Source: Ramazzottius varieornatus
Taxonomy: Eukaryota > Animalia > Tardigrada
Assembly: GCA_001949185.1 (NCBI GenBank)
Contig: BDGG01000006.1
Coordinates: 2,028,827-2,092,826, forward strand
Reading direction: 5' to 3'
DNA length: 64,000 nucleotides
Shown: one piece after another, positions 28,201 through 40,042 of the stretch
How positions within the stretch are numbered: the stretch's first letter is position 1
Layout: each line of letters opens with the position of its first letter
Translations under genes and position numbers: made by a program
Notes under the pieces: model-generated
Told to the model about the DNA's origin: nothing
The model's input: only the letters and a program-made list of their open reading frames with translations
Database searches by the model: none

Positions 28201-30708
28201 CCTCAACTCATAGCTCGAATAGATACACCCAGGCAGTTAGTTTCGAAGTTGATCTGCCAGTTACTGACCGACATTGGTCGCATTCATCCACAAGCTTTAA
28301 TCTACCCACTGACCGTAGCGGCGAAAGCTACGGTGGAAGCTCGGAAGAACGCAGCAAACAGGATACTAAAGAATATGAGGGAACACAGTGGCAACTTGGT
28401 CAATCAAGCGGGGATGGTCAGTGAGGAACTGATTAGGGTAGCCATCTTGTGGCATGAGATGTGGCATGAAGCGTTGGAAGAAGCGAGTCGGCAGTACTTT
28501 GGTGAGCATAACGTCAAAGGCATGTTGGCGACGTTGGAGCCGTTGCATGTGGCCTTGGAGAGTGGACCGCAGACAGCGAAGGAGACGTCGTTCCACCAAA
28601 CGTATGGACGGGACTTGGCGGAGGCCCATGAATGGTGTAAGAAGTACCAACGGACAGGCAATGTGAAGGAACTGACGCATGCCTGGGACTTGTACTATCA
28701 TGTCTTTCGAAGGATATCCAAACAACTACCGCTGGTAAACCATGTGCCTGCTTTTTCGTTCCACTATTTGATTTCTTGTGGCTCGTGTTGTCTGATATTC
28801 AGAATGGAGACCTAGGCAAACAAAGTCGACTGGATTATATCCAAGTGGCGCACGCTTCCAGCTTATAATACTGAGAAAGTGCGCCACTGGCGAGAGTGAT
28901 CTTGTGGAGTTTGTCGAGCTGCCAACGGTTAAATTTATATCTGATTGAACTTGCGGAATAAACTTGAAGTTAGGTGGATTTGAATAATGAGATGTTTTGC
29001 TGATTGCAGATGACGTCGTTGGAGCTGCAGTACGTCTCACCGAGGTTGATGGCGTGTCGGGACTTGGAGCTGGCTGTGCCGGGTACGTACGATCCTGGTC
29101 AGCCGGTCATCCGGATTGCGGAAGTACAAGGCCAGGTGCAAGTCATCACGTCCAAGCAGCGACCAAGGAAGATCTGCATTAAGGGGAGTAACGGCAAGGA
29201 CTACACTTTCTTGCTAAAGGGCCATGAGGATCTTCGGCAAGATGAACGAGTGATGCAGCTGTTCGGGCTGGTCAATAGCCTGCTGTTGGGGAATCCTGAT
29301 ACTGCCAAACGCAACCTGACGTAAGTTTACAAGATCTTTTAGATGGTTTTGAGTTTTTTTCTGTTGAGTTTGGTCTGTTCGTAGGATTCAACGATATGCT
29401 GTGATACCGCTCAGTCCAAACAGTGGGCTTTTAGGTTGGGTTCCTCACTGTGACACTCTCCATGCACTGGTCCGAGATTACCGTGAGAAGAAAAAGATAC
29501 TGCTGAACATCGAGCACCGTATCATGCTTAGGGTAGGTTGGAGACAAACTTGTGCGAAATCTGCCTTTTCCATCATGATACTCAAGTTACCGATGTGACG
29601 TTTCTGCAGATGGCACCTGACTACGATCATTTGACACTCATGCAGAAGGTTGAAGTGTTCGAACATGCCTTGGAAAACACTAACGGCGACGACCTGGCCA
29701 AAGTATTATGGCTGAAGAGTCCCAGCTCAGAAGTACGCATTTCATTACCTTACCAAACTTATAAACTTTGGCTTGAGCTGGATAAGTAATACAGTGATAA
29801 TCGAGCGGCATCTTTGGCTTTTTTCTACGTTTGTTCAAGTCTCTAGAAGCAAATTTGAAGCTCTTCGCACATTCTTTGATACGCGGCTATGCCTGTGACG
29901 TACTAAAGAAGTGAGGATTATTACTGTAGTACTTCTTGCAGGACTGGTTTGATCGGAGGACCAACTACTCTCGGTCGCTAGCTACCATGTCGATGGTCGG
30001 TTACGTACTCGGTCTAGGTGATCGTCACCCTTCCAACCTGATGATGCATCGTCTCAGCGGCAAAGTTCTTCACATCGACTTTGGCGACTGCTTTGAAGTG
30101 GCCATGCATCGCGAGAAGTTCCCTGAACGCATACCTTTCCGTTTGACTCGCATGCTGGTGAACGCCATGGAAGTTACCGGTATCGAAGGCAACTTCCGAT
30201 CGACCTGCGAGAACGTCATGAGCGTCATGCGCAACAACCGCGACAGCGTACTAGCCGTCCTTGAAGCCTTCGTCTACGACCCGCTGTTCAACTGGAGACT
30301 ACTGGACGCCAAGAAGACCTCATTTCATAGTGGGGATTCCCTAGCGTCGTCTTTCATGGGTGGCGAAAGTGAAGACCCGCTGTCGTTCAAGTAAGATACA
30401 ATTAGTTAGGGAAACTCAATTGAGGACTGACCATATCTTTCTCTAGGTATGAGCCAAGTCCTGTGCCAGCTTCCTCGTTGAGATATCATTCGAGTGATCA
30501 TGCCTCGGCTGATGGGGATGCTGTTCAACCTGATGCGGTGAACAAGAAAGCCGTGGCTATCCTGAATAGAGTGAGGGATAAGTTAGCTGGGAAAGACTTT
30601 ACGAAGGAACCGGTGGACGTGAAGACGCAAGTTAACATGTTGATTGGTAATGCCACGTCTCATGAAAACTTATGTCAGTGCTACATTGGTTGGTGTCCGT
30701 TTTGGTGA
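19206..30708 (+). CDS. MTOR: Serine/threonine kinase mTOR (HEAT repeats, FAT, FRB, PIKK kinase, FATC), 25 exons
   Basis: [142 protein letters not shown]. All 24 introns are GT-AG. Confidence 0.99.
20892..20998. repeat. mTOR-intron palindrome copy 1
   Basis: AAGTGGCGCA 20922-20931, 27-nt spacer, TGCGCCACTT 20959-20968. Outer arms GGCAAACAAAC / GTTTGTTTGCC. Confidence 0.9.
21717..21857. repeat. mTOR-intron palindrome copy 2 plus a degenerate tandem core
   Basis: AAGTGGCGCA 21737-21746, N27, CGCGCCACTT 21774-21783. Outer arms CTCGACAAG/CTTGTCGAG. Degenerate core GAGTGGCACA 21810, N28, TGCTGCACTT ending 21857. Confidence 0.85.
22600..22704. repeat. mTOR-intron palindrome copy 3
   Basis: AAGTGGCGCA 22629-22638, N27, TGCGCCACTT 22666-22675. 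Outer arms GCAAACAAACTCAG / CTGAGTTTGGTTTGC. Confidence 0.9.
23939..24134. repeat. mTOR-intron palindrome copy 4 with two cores inside one outer inverted repeat
   Basis: AAGTGGCGCA 23978-23987, N27, TGCGCCACTT 24015-24024. Degenerate GACTGGCCCA 24050, N27, TGCGCTCTTT ending 24096. Outer arms GGGAGCTCGGTA / TACCGAGCTCCC. Confidence 0.85.
24878..25052. repeat. mTOR-intron palindrome copies 5 and 6 (tandem)
   Basis: TAGTGGCGCA 24894-24903, N27, TGCGCCACTT 24931-24940. GAGTAGCGCA 25006-25015, N27, TGCGCCACTG 25043-25052. Confidence 0.88.
26160..26270. repeat. mTOR-intron palindrome copy 7
   Basis: AGGTGGCGCA 26195-26204, N27, CGCGCCACTT 26232-26241. Confidence 0.85.
27545..27669. repeat. mTOR-intron palindrome copy 8
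   Basis: AAGTTGCGCA 27584-27593, N26, TGCGCCACTT 27620-27629. Long outer arms GGGACGTGGGCAAATGAATCGAACCAG / CTGGTTCCGTTCATTTGCCCGCGTCCC. Confidence 0.9.
28815..28915. repeat. mTOR-intron palindrome copy 9
   Basis: AAGTGGCGCA 28843-28852, N27, TGCGCCACTG 28880-28889. Left arm GGCAAACAAAGTCG. Confidence 0.88.
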
Positions 30709-31239
30709 ATGTATTTGTGTCTCGTAACCCGGTTGTTAGACCACATTTGTGCTTTCCTTTTATTGCAACTTGCTTTCAGTTCGTAATAGTGTTTCGAGTA
30801 TTTTACTGTCATATTTCACCATGGGAAGAAGAATACGCAAAACGAAAAGTCTCTTTCTCCTCTACGGTACCGAGAAAGAAATGACTGTGCCAGGAATCTC
30901 AGTCGCGAATTAGTACGAGGGAAGTTTGAAATGTTTTCAATTTAAGATATGGTAGTACACGGAATTGAAACACATCTGGATATCAAGCAAGAAAATTCTG
31001 ATTTCATGAAAAGTTTGATGTTTATTTGCGAAGTACTGTACCGTTGTATTCTTGGATGAGGCAAGCAAAAGTACAATATAGAACTGGTGCGAACCGTGAT
31101 ACTAGGTAATTTAGAATGGGACCCCGTTGCACTCTGGACCGAGCCTTACCGCTACAGATGCTTTAGTTTGCTCTTGAGAAGATGTCGGGACCAAAGTCTT
31201 TAATTGCCGGAGTCTGCTCCTCCTCCTACATACAGAATA

Positions 31240-31492
31240 CAGTCCTACCTGTGAGATGTGACAGTTCAAACGCCCGATTTCAGTTCTGGACGGTACGTGT
31301 GTACGCAGGGCTGCTCGCTATGATGTTCGCATGAGACCGATCAGCTGATCGGACACGCGTATGATTACTTGATCAAGTCAAGCCATAACCGGACGTCGAT
31401 CAGCTGATCGTGGTGCGCAGTGCCAGCAGTCTCGTGCAGAAACGCTGTTCGGTTGCAGAAGAAGCAATTGTCACATCTCACAGGTAGGACTG
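31240..31492. mobile_element. Tc1/mariner-type MITE (253 bp), TA TSD
   Basis: TA|CAGTCCTACCTGTGAGATGTGACA ... TGTCACATCTCACAGGTAGGACTG|TA, a perfect 24-bp TIR. Confidence 0.88.
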
Positions 31493-32068
31493 TATCTGTT
31501 AGCATCTGCTCTGTACTTGCTCCACGAGGGAACGGTTGTTGAGTTAGCAACCCGCTTTTGCAATTGTTAAGTTCGGCACTGCATGTGTTGTATCGCTTGG
31601 CTGATTTTCGGTCTCAGGCTCATTGACATGGAATTCAAACCCCTTTTGAATTGAAAGTTTTTTGAAATCTTTTGAAACTCGGTGCTGTATACGAGTGATA
31701 CCATTCGACCGTTCGTTGTTTTCTCTGTCGATTCGTGCAAAACTGTTCGAGAATACATTAGCCAAAACAGGTGAAAATAAGGGGCGAATACAACAACTAA
31801 AATATGGAGTGGCTAACTCGGCAATCGTTCTCTCTTATGTTAGGACCGGTAAGTTATCCTGATCATCTTGATTACAAGATATCGATTCAAAAGTGGGTGT
31901 TCCGTTTGACATCTGTTTTACCCCCGATAGCTTTATGGCCGAACCAACAAACATATTTTGGAGCTAATTAAGAAGAAGGCAATTTTCTGTTGCTCACGGT
32001 TGTGTGTCCGTTGTTGGCTTTGGAGCATTTGAGGTGATCTATGCCATCATTCACCCCTGGTAGATGTA

Positions 32069-34042
32069 CTGTAAGTGCTGATCAGCTGGGTCACTTTTCG
32101 GACCCGGTGCGTGTATTAATATCGCTAGCAAAAATCCACACATATGAGGATCAGCTGTAATTCACTGTACATAAATATGGGACAGCTCATTCCTGTAACG
32201 AATGTGCAAAACGACACTTTCGAGTGTTTTACGCTTCAGACATCTCGCATCCAGAATCATTCGCAGAAGCTCCATCATTGCCTTCATCTTCCCTCACCAG
32301 AATGTAAGAAAGACGACTCGTTGTAGCTACTGATATCCGGAATATTCTCTTCTTCATCTGCGTCCAAATCTACAGTCATTCCTGCAATATCTTCCGATGG
32401 TTCTTCGGGCAGAGATTCATCCCTACGCAAGATGCGAGCCGCGTAGAAAGATCCCTGAACAACCTCCGGAGTTATCTTTGCCCAAGCGTTCGAGATGAAT
32501 TGCACGAAGTGTCTTCTGCTTGGCTTCTGAATATATCCTGACTTACTGAAGTTGATGTTATTCTTGCGCCAGTGACGGTACTCTTCCTTGAAATAGTCCT
32601 TGAAGGGTTTATTCACACTTACGTCGAGAGGTTGCCACTGACCGGTCACCCAAGGGGAATCAGGATCTGCTGTACGTTACGCCACTCCAGACTATCGACA
32701 TTCTCGTCCATTTTTTGGACCGAAAACTGATCCCGAAACAGCACTGTCATCTGATCTTTTTCCACTGGCGCAGGGAGGTGCATGTTATGGTAATCTTTCT
32801 CGATTTCTTGATTCCACCAGGCTTTCTTCGCACTGAAAATTACGAGATTAGAAGGCGCGTTGAGTTTCTTCAGATAGCTGTCCGCAAGTTTTCCTGATTT
32901 GGCCGCCGTCTTGAAAATTATTTCGGCTGGAAATTTCGTGCCGTCGGCCTTAATCGTCAGGTTGATGGTCATGCCTTCTTTGTCGCCTTGTGGATGCTTC
33001 ACAGGTACCTGTAACAGCTCCGGTCACCGAAAGAGAAGCTCCAGCTTCTCGCAAAAATTTCAGGACTGATGTTTCGGGCTTATTCCTACCTGTTTCACTC
33101 CTTTGGGAGACAAAGTCTTCTTTCCTATAATAACCATACGGATCATGGTTTGGTCTCAGTTAAAGATGCGGCTCTTCGGGGTATTCCTGTTGTAAACGAA
33201 CTCCTGGATTTAAAGGAAGAAGTAGTGCGATTCCTGAAAATAAGACCTGGCTTCAAATAAATTCTAACATGCTTCACACCATCCGGTTAACCATTATATA
33301 TAAAAGTGAGGCTTGGCAAGCGGTCTCGTCAGGTCAAATTAAAAAATTGTCCGTCAAGTCAAATTAAAAACCAGGCACTTACTAGATCCTGGGCGGCAAA
33401 CGTTAACTTCCGGCTGATGTGCGTTACTGCTCGGTATACGATCCCGTAGCGGTTTGGAAAGTCCAAGGTCCATCTGTTTGATGCCTTGAAGCCTGTTTCA
33501 CCATGATCCCCAAGCACGACTTCCATAGCCTTCTCCTCCACATCTCTGTTTGACACTTCCAGACACCGGTGACGCTGATCTAAGACATACACTTTCCATC
33601 TTCGGGTACGTCACAGGTCGCTTCTTGCTGATTTTCGGCGGTCCTGCAGCTTTAGAAACCTAGCGGATCAGTGTTGACTTAGGGATGTTCACACGGAGGG
33701 CATATTTTCGTATAGAAACCCCACTGACGCTCTTCTCCAGTTCGTAATCGTCCGCGATGCGACGTTTTTCCGCATCGGAGTAGTCGTGCTGGTTGCGCTT
33801 CCGGACTTTACAATGGTTTGGCTCCATCGTTGTACAAGACAAAGGCACCAAAGGAGGAATTTATCAGAAGCAAGAGATGATTCAAACTCGCAAGTGGTTA
33901 GTGGGAAACAAAAACTGAAATTGAATGTAAAATTAAACCAGGTATTTATCGACCGCAAACAACTGTGTGAAAAGGCCACACCCGGGGGGCTCACTAAGCT
34001 AAGTGGGTCCGAAAAGTGACCCAGCTGATAAGCAATTTACAG
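32069..34042 (-). mobile_element. pogo/Tigger-like DNA transposon with decayed transposase (CENP-B-type HTH + DDE_1)
   Basis: TIRs CTGTAAGTGCTGATCAGCTGGGTCACTTTTCGGACCC / GGGTCCGAAAAGTGACCCAGCTGATAAGCAATTTACAG flanked by TA. Peptides GFKASNRW..F..RY, IKADGTK, and IP(LG)MTGQWQPLDVSVNKPFKDYF. Stops and frameshifts are present. Confidence 0.92.
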
Positions 34043-34414
34043 TATACTCTTGTAAATGTTTGCGAGCTATCGACAAATTTGAACGAAGGGCGGTCAACAT
34101 AATTTGGTTGGGTTTGTTTTGTGGATGTACAGTAGATGCTCTCAACGTTTGACTTCTTCGAGTACCCAGTGACGAATGTGAAAACGAAGTTTTTAGTAGT
34201 ACGGTTTTTGATATTCTTTCTAAGGTGGACATGCAGTTAATACAGTAATTTTCTCGACAGACAATAGAGAGGGAGACAGTCTAATCCAAATACAACGGTC
34301 CAGCCGAAAAGCTCGCTCTCTCAAAAATCCTCACGCGCCACTCGTATCCATTTGTGGCGCCGTGTACAGGGTCCCGTACTTTCGCTTTTCTTGGCAATAG
34401 TTCGTCATGTAGCG

Positions 34415-35413
34415 CTACAGCAAAGTGGCAAACACAACCAGCACACAGAATCCCGCAGTCGCGTAAAGTTTCCCACAACCGCTCGATCCGGCTTGGCTGC
34501 CACCGGCCTCCGAACCGGTCTGATTACTGGCATCCAGTGCTACAGTGTCACCACCATTTCCACCTCCGCTTCCAGAAGGATCTCCAGATCCGCCTCCGCT
34601 GGCGCCTCCACTCGCGCCTCCGCCACCACCAGGATTAGAACCGGAACCTGATCCCGTGCCCGTACCCGTGCCCGTCGGCAGGTTTCCTTGTGCATCTGGT
34701 CGGACATATGACGCAACGTATTGTTTGATCATGTTTTTCCCAATAAAAGGTTTGTTGTTGCAGGCCTCCGCGCTCGCACAAACACAGGACTGGGCACCAT
34801 TGGCAAACGGATGTGTAAAACAGTGTCCAGTGGGTGACCGAGCAGCAGTTACATTGAGGCCATCTTTTACGAACACATCCATAATGATGCATCCACGAAA
34901 AGCTCTCTCGACTACAACATACGAGCATGTTTAACAATAGCAGTATTTCGACGATGCGTACTGTTGTCTTATAGTGCTTATATGGCGAAGTTTCATATCC
35001 GTTACCTGCAATTCCGTCTGGAGCCATAAAATATACAGTTTGACATCCCAATCCGGAAACACCGGAGTCAGAGTATTTGGGGTTAATACTGACGCAGCCT
35101 CTCGTATACGTGTCAAGGATAGCCCTGGTTGACGCCAGACATCCTGGGTCATTCTGGTTGGGCTCCAAGAGGTCATTAGGGTGATCCAGATGATAGGTAG
35201 AGCAAGCAATGCACCTTGTAACAGCTGCAGACTAAACTCTTCTAACACATTCAACGGATAGGAGAAGCTCGTTACAAACAGTTACGGCTCACCTGCGACG
35301 AAGGTGAAGGAAGTTGAAGATATCACCAGCCATACAGCAAGAAAGCCTTCTGAAGAAACGGCAGCCCTCAAGGTACCAATACTGATTGACAAATCCGGCA
35401 ATCTCAAACGCAT
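34415..35413 (-). CDS. Ly6/uPAR three-finger (quiver/sleepless-like) protein with Gly/Ser stalk and probable GPI anchor, 3 exons
   Basis: Spliced frame MRLRLP..FLAVWLVISSTSFTFVA|AVTRCIAC..GC..RGC..GCQ..|..FRGC..HC..SCVCASAEACNN, then a GTGTGSGS/GGASGG linker and the hydrophobic C-terminus AGFCVLVVFATLL*. Confidence 0.75.
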
Positions 35414-35749
35414 CTGGAGGCCTTCTGTTTGTAGTACGTCGTAACAAGAAATGTATATTGAAGTCTTTCAATGCCGATTAATACAAGACACAATCACAAT
35501 ATATTATCCACATGCTGTGTGAATCTCTGTTTTGGTGTTTTGCCATGACGAAGAATACGACTTTGAAAAACCCGTCACTATTTACGCGGCAATACTGCCT
35601 AGCAATTACGTCTCAAAATCTGCTCTGCAGGAAAGGGCCGGAGACCCTCGCACTGTTCGCTGTAAACTGTTCCTTCAAGTTGGACTAGGTTGCACTGGCA
35701 CACGGCCGGCGAATTTCTTGAAGACATTCACTAGACCAGTGGTCATAAA

Positions 35750-36183
35750 TTAAGTGGCAGCCATTGTCAACCAAAGGTGAGTAACGGGGAAGGTTGTGGC
35801 CCATGCATGGTTGATGGCGATGGGCAAATGGGCGTTGCTGTTTTTAACGTATAGAGACCCAATATACCCATAGAGGTGCTCCGGAAACTGCAACCCAAGT
35901 GTTGGCCATGGTGAAGGCGAAACTGACCACGTGCACGTAGAAAAGGTTGACGTAGTACAGGTCTGCAATGGAGACGAAAACAGGTCCGGTAGTTGTGGTC
36001 TTCGTGGATGAGGAACAGCAGGAAGGCATCGAGAGAAAGAGCGCCGCGATGTCGCAGCTGACACGGAAAACTGCTCGGAAGATCGACCCATTTTGTTGAA
36101 GTCGTGGTTGAGCTGCTCAGCATGAGAGCGTGTAACGGAATAACGACGGTTGAGATTGTCAGCCACGATGAATTGTTGTCCAT
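35750..36183 (-). pseudogene. Class A GPCR-like fragment (TM1-TM3), frameshifted
   Basis: Hydrophobic segments across three frames. NAHLPIAINHAWATTFP resembles the TM3-end (I)NR-x-WAV-x-FP motif of invertebrate orphan GPCRs. Confidence 0.4.
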
Positions 36184-37022
36184 GTTGAACAGATATTAAA
36201 TCTTCCAGGCAAGGTCGACCGAGGATCCAAGACTACGTTTGATGTTGCGAGCAGAGTCATGTCTCCTCGCGTGAACTACAGACCTGCGAAGGATGTTACT
36301 CACTTCTCCCGAGATCTTTACACGGATTTACGGATCGGCTCCGTCGAAATAAACCGGTAGGTCAAAGACTAGGAAATTCAAACAGGAAGAACAATGCGGG
36401 GGGCCGCGGGCGGGAAATCGGCATACAGGTGTCGCCGGCACATGCTCTGCTTATAGTTTCTTGATCGAGCACCCCGATCTGGATATTTTGCAGCTGGTTT
36501 ACCATCAAGCTTCGAGGTACATGTCCAAGTACACCGGAGCCGAAGGATAAGATCTGCAGACCACGAATCAGACTAATCCTCTCTGGTACTACGTGGTAAT
36601 TTGACAGAGTAGGAGGCACCCCACGAACCAATTAGTCCTGCATTTGAAGGTATCTCGACGCGATGGATGGACCGCGGGACGGCGGGTAAGCCACTTTGGC
36701 GGAAAAGGTTAGACTGTGGTTCACCACATGCAGTTCAGACTCGAACAGCGGATCCCGTGAGGGAACCTTTCCGTTCTCCCGCGGTCTAGAAGAAATTTTT
36801 TATATTTTGGATACTCGAAACCACGAAGTCTACCTTGTGCTACGCTTCGTTTCGTTTTTTTACATTTGAAATCTGAAAACAAAAACCAATAAAATCTTAA
36901 AATCTCGGAAGATACAATACTTTAAGTTATCAAGGTCGGCAATCAGCGACTTTTCCAGATATGGGTGCTCCGGTTGGACGACACCAACATCTGTTTTTAG
37001 TAATTTTATTTTTCACTAGTTA

Positions 37023-37263
37023 CACCAACATGTATTCGTTCCACCAACATGTATTCGTTCCACCAACATGTATTNNNNNNNNNNNNNNNNNNNNNNNNNN
37101 NNNNNNNNNNNNNNNNNNNNNNNNTTCATGTGTAAGTAAAGTCTCAAAACACTACAGCTCACCGTACATGTTGGTAGAACGAATACATGTTGGTGGAGCA
37201 TGTATTCGTTCTACCAACATGTACGGTGAGCTGTAGTGTTTTGAGACTTTACTTACACATGAA
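37023..37263. repeat. ~20-bp tandem repeat (TCCACCAACATGTATTCGT-like) plus a 139-bp near-perfect palindrome flanking an assembly gap
   Basis: Tandem units at 37023-37074. The palindrome 37125-37263 has ~65-bp perfect arms containing the same unit. Confidence 0.8.
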
Positions 37264-38553
37264 TGATAAACAAAAATGTGGGAACTCGTAGATAGTTCCA
37301 TAGCTATAGTCGAAGTGGTCAACTCTGGGGTGATGGTTCGTTCTGGAACGACATTACCTATTGCATAACTCATGACATAACTTATTATACACTGTAAATT
37401 AATTCGTGTCGCCGCGAGCTTTTCAGACACTTAAGTATTACCCTTAGACTACGAAATACTCAGGGGACAAGAACTGAAGATCGTGAATTTATCACAGGAC
37501 GACATGCAACATTGACACCGGGTGGCTCTTCCACAAGTAGACCGTAGTTGAATGTCTTCCTCAACACTTCTGGAGCATCCATAAATGCGATTCGTTTTCC
37601 TGGTTCATGGTGACGGTCATCTAATATGCGGGTGACTGGAACCCTTGATTCTGTCCGGGTGAAGCGAACGGCGCATCCTGGTAGTGATCGTCCGGGGCAC
37701 CGGAGTAACTACTGTAACCGCCTCTGGGCATGCCACCAGCCGCGTCGCTTTCGAAGACAGGGTTGAAGGCGTTAGCCACTCCTTGTTGGTAACGGAGGTA
37801 GGTGAGTTATGCCAGGGCATAGTTGCCAGGGCATGCCGAGCATAGTTGAAAAGTGTAGACGCATCTTTTGTAGCTGAAGTATTCAACTCGGCCTACGGCA
37901 AAGGGCAGTAAAATTGTGGAAGAATTAAAATCTGTATACTTTGACAGGAACTGTGGTCGATCTGAATAACAAAGCAAAGAATGGACACAAACAGATTTCT
38001 ATTTCGAAAGCATGCGAAAGGAAAGACGCTTCATACGGGTACGCAGGTTTTCTATTCGATGCCCACCCCTTAGCCGTCATCCGATGGGTATTTGATCGTC
38101 TGACTCAATGAGCGGTCGACTACAGCCAGTCTACGGTTTATAGGGGAGATCGCTCTTCCCTCTAACTATAATTTAGCTATGGCGAGAAAGCCACACAGAG
38201 TTCCGGTAGGATTCGGAAAAGACCGATTAACCAAATCTTGAGCGTAATTTTGCTTCCTCTACCACAACGCAGGCAAGATTTGCGGATAGAACAAAGGGAA
38301 TCTTGCATTAAATACATTTCAATTACCCTCCCAACTACGTCTTCACAATACGTTTACGATCAAGCAAGGCAGACATCTTGGCAGCTGCTCAATCGTCTTC
38401 TGTAATACAACTGCATTCTTGCGAAGCTTCATAACTTCGTGTGAAATATATTTCACTTCGTCGATGACAGCGGGAGTTCTTACAAGAAAACTTCTTGTTT
38501 CTGAATATTGCGGTCACATCCGAAGCTATTGCGTTTGCGTCTTCAGCTTAACG

Positions 38554-39423
38554 ATGTCGACTCTCGTGCTACAACTGATCTTTTTATTGACCATCTGCAC
38601 TCACTGTTGTGCATCTCTGAATGTCATCACGTCGGATATTTCAGCCAACGAATTAGAGTAGAAGCTCTCCGTCACCAGAGAAGTCGCTGCAGGAGACAGA
38701 GATCGGAAGTCCAGCAGAGTTACGACCTGGTTGCCTGCAGAATCACTTACGAAAGTTCAAATTGATGGTTCAGTGACATTTGTTGGATTTCGTGGCAAAC
38801 GCCGCACCAATGCATAAGTGACATACAATTATACAGAAACGTTATTGTGGGGCTGTTTACGACTCGTGAATGATCCATCAGCTGAAAACACGACTATTAT
38901 TCTATCGGGACCGCCCTCCAGGAATTCTCATCAAATCATCTGCGATGGTACGACAACACTTATCGTTTTCGTATTTAGAAATTATTTTGCGTGTTATTAC
39001 CACTTATTAATCTAGTCAGACTACTAAATGCAACGCTAGTTTATTCTTTCCGTGTAGGCTCCGTGGTCATCCCACCGTTCGACTTTTCGGCTCACAAGTA
39101 CGAGTGCTCACCATCTTCCTCCGTACACAGGGAAAAAGAGGTTTGTAAACCTGGATAATTTGACTTTGGTGGATTACATGGGATATCATTCCAACCAAGA
39201 CCTGGTAGCGACTACTCGGCATACGAATTCCACAGCACTTGCTGATCAAGGAGACATCTGCCGTGACTTCTGCCGTGTACATCCTCGCTGCATTGCTTGC
39301 ACTTTCGGATATGACGTTAAAGGAGGAAAATCGGACGCGGTCTTATGTAGACTTTACACGAGCCCGTCGTCCGGGCTTCAGCTTCAGACATTGCCGGACA
39401 CTGTTACTTACTTGCTGAATTAA
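38554..39423 (+). CDS. Putative secreted protein with a C-terminal PAN/apple-like Cys module (structure uncertain, possibly a pseudogene)
   Basis: Signal-like MSTLVLQLIFLLTICTHCCA. Terminal ICRDFCRVHPRCIACTF..CRLY. Confidence 0.35.
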
Positions 39424-40042
39424 TATACACCTGCATTGTTGTAGTGTGACTGTAATCCTACTCTAACGTACTTTTGTGGTCTTCTCATTATTATAATATT
39501 CACAGATCCGTTCGTAACATCGTAGCCATAAACGCTGCACTTTTGGTAACTTCTCGTAGCAGTCCTATTTGATCAAACTTTCGGAATGGAACCGTTTTGC
39601 TAAAACGAGAATCTTCGATAAAATGTGTGTGTGGAAAAGTGTGTTTGTATTTTTCCATACCACCCACCAGTGTGGTCTCACAACCGGAAGGTCCTGTTCA
39701 AACGTACCATTGCCGACGAAAAGTACTCCCTATGGGATATGCTGATGACCTCGTAGATCTGCGAGTCAGGTCTTTCTTCTGTCTGTCCTCTTCTTCCGCT
39801 AATGCCTGGCGTATCGTGAGTACCACGATTGCGCATTTTGTGGTGGGGTTTCATGTGGAACAAACTAGCTGCCAGAGTTACAGAAGACCTCACCGGAACA
39901 GCAGACCTCACCGGGACCAATCGAGGCCTTTGGTTGTACCGGCGCAGGAGCTCGCCCACCGATTGTCAATTGTTTGGTTTGCATACTGAGTACTTTCTAG
40001 GGGCACTGGTATGGATAGAGCAATTGACACAAAAACAATAAG

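Noticed and set aside
20892-28915. Palindromic repeats as a CRISPR array or as introner elements
   Set aside because: The copies are separated by mTOR exons, no cas genes are present and the context is eukaryotic. The elements lie inside introns rather than defining the splice boundaries, so they are not introners.
39597-40041. YADD motif suggesting reverse transcriptase, or an ionotropic-receptor-like fragment
   Set aside because: No other RT motifs are nearby, and the receptor resemblance is too short and fragmented to support.
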